A stretch of DNA of 64,000 nt from Felis catus (lineage: Eukaryota). The DNA is taken from contig NC_058370.1 of the NCBI RefSeq assembly GCF_018350175.1, forward strand, positions 115,506,001-115,570,000, written 5' to 3'. Positions 60,581 through 64,000 of the stretch are shown here, one piece after another (positions within the stretch are counted from its first letter, which is position 1; each line of letters begins with the position of its first letter). A program made the position numbers and the translations under genes. The notes under the pieces are model-generated. The model made no database searches. It was given only the letters and a program-made list of their open reading frames with translations, and was not told the DNA's origin.

Positions 60581-61442
60581 TCTAGAATATTCTGGAAACC
60601 TGTTTTTCTAGACTATTCCCGCCAAATGAGGTATAACAATTTAAAAAAGAAAGCTACACTCTACCACCTTCGAATTCTCTAAGCACTGGTGGAATCTGAG
60701 AAGGGTTTTCTTGTTTGCTGCCTTGCCACAGTGCCAGGGACGTAGGCTCCTTCTCTGCCTTCCACAGAAATAAACATAGAACTTCCCAGAACACACATGA
60801 ACAGAGGGCAGTGTGGCTCACACATCGTGAAAATAATGGAGATTTCCAAAATAAATGACAATATAAGTTTATGAAAAATACCAGGATAATTAAAACATCT
60901 GCCAAGCAGATATTTTCTAGTTTCGAAGGGGCCGTGATACAGATGGAATTCTTGAGTTGTAAGTGAGCACCAGGGACAGTGGGGAAATCCCGCAGAGGCC
61001 CAAGTCCCTCTTTGTCACCCTGTCCTCTGGCGGTCAAAGCAGCTTGCCCTGGGGTGTCTGTGGTGTTTTAGCCCCAAGGTCTCAAGAGGCAGTGAAACCG
61101 GTGTAGATCGCATGTGGGGTTTTAGTGTAAAGGATTTGGATGGGTGGGGGGGAATGATTTTTGAGCACCGGCTGTGTGTTGGTTCCAGGATTAATGAGAT
61201 CCATCCAGTCTCTGCCCCAGGGAATGGGACCCCGGGAGCTTCTGTGCAGCCTGGCTGCACATGAAAACTGCCCCAGGGGGCGGGGGGGGGCGGGTTGACA
61301 CAACACTGATGCCTGTGCCATCCCCATTCTGGGGAGGACTGGCTGCCTGTAGTTTTAAAGAGCATCTGGTGATTTCCATGAGCAGCAGGGCTGAGGGCGA
61401 TGATTCTAAATTAGACTTTCCTGGGTCTGCTACGGCCTCCAG

Positions 61443-61619
61443 CAAGGACTGGCCATGCAATTCATGGGGCCCTGTGCAAGGGGAAAATGTGAGGCCCCTT
61501 GTTCAGAAAACTATTAAGAGCTTCCGGACAGTGAGAGCAGAGCGTTGAACCAAGTGTGGGGCCCTTCTGAGCCCAGGGATTCGGTGTGGCTGCCCAGGAT
61601 GCCCACGAAGCCAGACCTG
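61443..61619 (-). mobile_element. MER45A-like hAT-Tip100 MITE
   Basis: ggggccctgtgcaaggggaaaatgtgaggccccttgttcagaaaactattaaga...ggggcccttctgagc...gcccacgaagccagacctg. Confidence 0.8.
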
Positions 61620-62639
61620 TCCCTGCCTACTCTTTCCCCAGCCACATCCTCACAAGGACCCATAGCCGACTTTGCATCCTCAGTGGCTCTCCCGGGTAGA
61701 GTCATGGGTCGGTTCTTCAAGGCGGCCGGCCCTCCAGTCCCATGTACCTGAGGACAAATGAAGTCATCTCCAAAGCAGGAGGCAGGCGAGGGAGAGCTGG
61801 GCCCTTTGTTTGCCCAACTCTCCTTCTCCGAACGACCTCATTCTTCCTCAAGGCCCCATGTGCGCTGGCTTCTGGCTGCAGGCCCAGCCCTGCATCTCTC
61901 ACTGTGCCCTCACGCCCTCTGAGCAGTCGGGCCCCTTCCCTGGCCCACTCCCTAGACCCAGAGGGACAGACCAGGGGACGAGGCTGCTACTAGACTCCCC
62001 GGCAAGTGCCGGTCACTAATGGCCATTTCCTGTTGGAGCGGAGCCCTTATGGAGTGTAGAGGTTAAGAGATGACGGACCCTCTCCAGCCAGCCCAGGGGA
62101 TGGGAAGTTCCCACTGTGGGCTGTGGTTACTCGTCGTCTTACCAAAGTTTCTGGAAATCGTGCTGCTGGCTGCTGTGCGGATCGCCTGCTTAGCCCTACG
62201 GGGAGGACAAAGCGGTCACCAGGCTGGTGCCTTCTGTTTGCCAGGTGCGTTCGGGGAGTCTCCGGTCCTGTCTGTGGCCAAACTTTGGCACCAGGTACAG
62301 GGCTATGCCGCGGCCAGGATGCCTTCTCTTATTTACCCTCTTCCTTTCTGTCTGGTTGGCTTCACACCTGGAAGGTGGCGCTTCATAAACAGCGGTTTTG
62401 GGGGAAAGAAAAAAAGCAAGCGTGTATGTGGGCAGGAAGGGCAAAGCATAAAGCTTATTTGTCTTGGCTCCCTTCCCAGTCCTAAGCCTGGGCCTTACAT
62501 CCAGTAAGTAGTTAATAAATATTTACTGAATTAAATCACCTCACAAATCATCCAGATTTCCAGAACATCTCAGACCAAAGGCTCATTTTATGGGCAGGGG
62601 CATGGGGGCCTAAAGAGTGGACCCCCTCACTCTGAGCTC

Positions 62640-62800
62640 TAAGAAGGTGGACACCTTATTAGAGTCACCTGGGGAGCCTCAACGTTTCCTAATGCCCAGG
62701 CCGCACACCTGAGCAATTAAATCAGTGTCTCAGGGAGTGGGACGTGGGTGCAGGTATCATAGCAGGTGACCCACGTGAGCTGGTTGGAGAGTCCTGGCCT
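62640..62800. mobile_element. MER5A1-like MITE
   Basis: ttagagtcacctggggagc...aatgcccaggccgcacacc...caattaaatcag. Confidence 0.65.
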
Positions 62801-63329
62801 CAGAGGGAGGCAGAGGCAGAGCTTATGCCTGGGGACCAGGCCAGAGGGAGCACTGTCTGGGTGCCTGCTTGCTTGCACGAGCCGCGGTGCCCGTGAGGTC
62901 CCTGCAAGGGGACCCCCAGGGAGAGATTGCAGGTGGGCATCTCTTAGGAAGAAGAGCTGGGCGGATTCGTGCAAGCTCGTGTCTACCTGGCCGGATGGCC
63001 CAGGACAGGCTGAGGGGCAGCAGCTTGCCCTGGGACAGGCCCCCCAGCTCTGGCTCAGGGAGAATAAGGGATTCGCTCAGAGCCCCACTGCTGTGAAGAA
63101 ACTCGTACTAGATGCGGCCCCTGCAGCCCCCACACACCCTGCTCTCTTCTTTAGACTCCCCCTGCCTTCTTCTAATCAGCCAGGGGAGCTGAGACACGCA
63201 TGGAGCTCTTGAGGTCGATTATTTAGCAACAGTTTCTTTGAACAGCTTATTATCCAAAGTGGACACGGTTTAGAGAGACCAGAATGATGCAGGCTCGCAC
63301 ACCCACCACGAGCTGCACGACCACCACCC

Positions 63330-63900
63330 AGGGCTCTGCTTATCCATTCGTCGTTGATTCGTTCTGATCGTTTTCAGTTCAAATTTAGAATTATGGGGAT
63401 TTGGGTTAACTTAAAAAATTTTTTATATAAAATGTTTTTCCTTTAACAATGAAACTCTTGGTTCCTAGCAATGACATCATAATCCCTCGCAGGATTTATC
63501 TGAAAATAAACGCAATAATTTCAGAAAATAGCTATCATTACTAAGAGTATGATGACAAAAACAATTTGAGATTTTTTTTTTTTGGTAATTCTTTTTGTCC
63601 TTAGGATATATACCATTAAGGATCTACATTATAATTCCCTGAAGTAATTCCTCTCTGCCTCATTAATCCACACACCTGACATGTTATGTTCCTTTGCTTC
63701 ATTTTTCTTTTGATTTCTAGAAGTTGCTTTTTCATTTTTTCATTGAATTTTATAATTACATAAAACATTCGCTTGGTTCCCAAGTCAAGTGTATCATGTA
63801 AAAATAAGACGTAGTCAAAGAAGTCTAGCTTCTACTGTGGTCCCACCTGTCACGTTCCCTTCCTCCTTCTTCATGTTGCCATTTTACTTTCATGATTCAT
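63330..63900 (-). mobile_element. Old L1MC/ME 3'UTR remnant
   Basis: AT-rich; tcttggttcctagcaatgacatc...tttttgtccttaggatatat resembles old L1 3' ends. Confidence 0.45.
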
Positions 63901-64000
63901 ATTTTGAAATGACTAATGAACTAGTTTTAACATAAATGGCCTGTGTGCACGCATCTGTATGGCTTCACCTCCTTTGATACAAGGCAGCCTGAGGATACAC

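Noticed and set aside
1-64000. CRISPR arrays, operons or other prokaryotic systems
   Set aside because: The sequence is mammalian; there are no regularly spaced repeat-spacer arrays or gene-dense tracts.

Overview
This is mammalian genomic DNA from a cat-family (Felidae) species, judged from about 20 carnivore tRNA-derived Can-SINEs, two of them young felid SINEC_Fc-type copies. I find no protein-coding gene. The ORF-track peptides are either decayed LINE-1 ORF2 pieces, SINE read-throughs or chance ORFs in GC-rich sequence. The window looks intergenic or deep-intronic and is dominated by layered transposon fossils: CR1/L3, L2, MIR, old L1M, MaLR LTRs, hAT DNA transposons, one young ERV1-type solo LTR and Can-SINEs. 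Candidate cis-regulatory modules lie between them: tandem CTCF sites at 12.8 and 13.6 kb, an AP-1/RUNX/IRF module at 22.3-22.6 kb, a CCAAT/E2F/GC-box module at 27.7-27.9 kb and an AP-1 cluster at 45.5 kb. The most distinctive structures are retrotransposition or repair scars: a 35-nt tailless U2 snRNA retrocopy with a perfect 15-bp TSD inside a SINE; a SINE-spacer-SINE cassette bracketed by a single TSD and sharing a private variant tract; two SINEs stacked at one target site (triplicated TSD); a collapsed inverted SINE pair; and a poly(A)-only insertion. I see no convincing evidence of a wholly new biological system. Repeat subfamily names are from recalled consensus similarity and boundaries are approximate. 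Four N-gaps are present.
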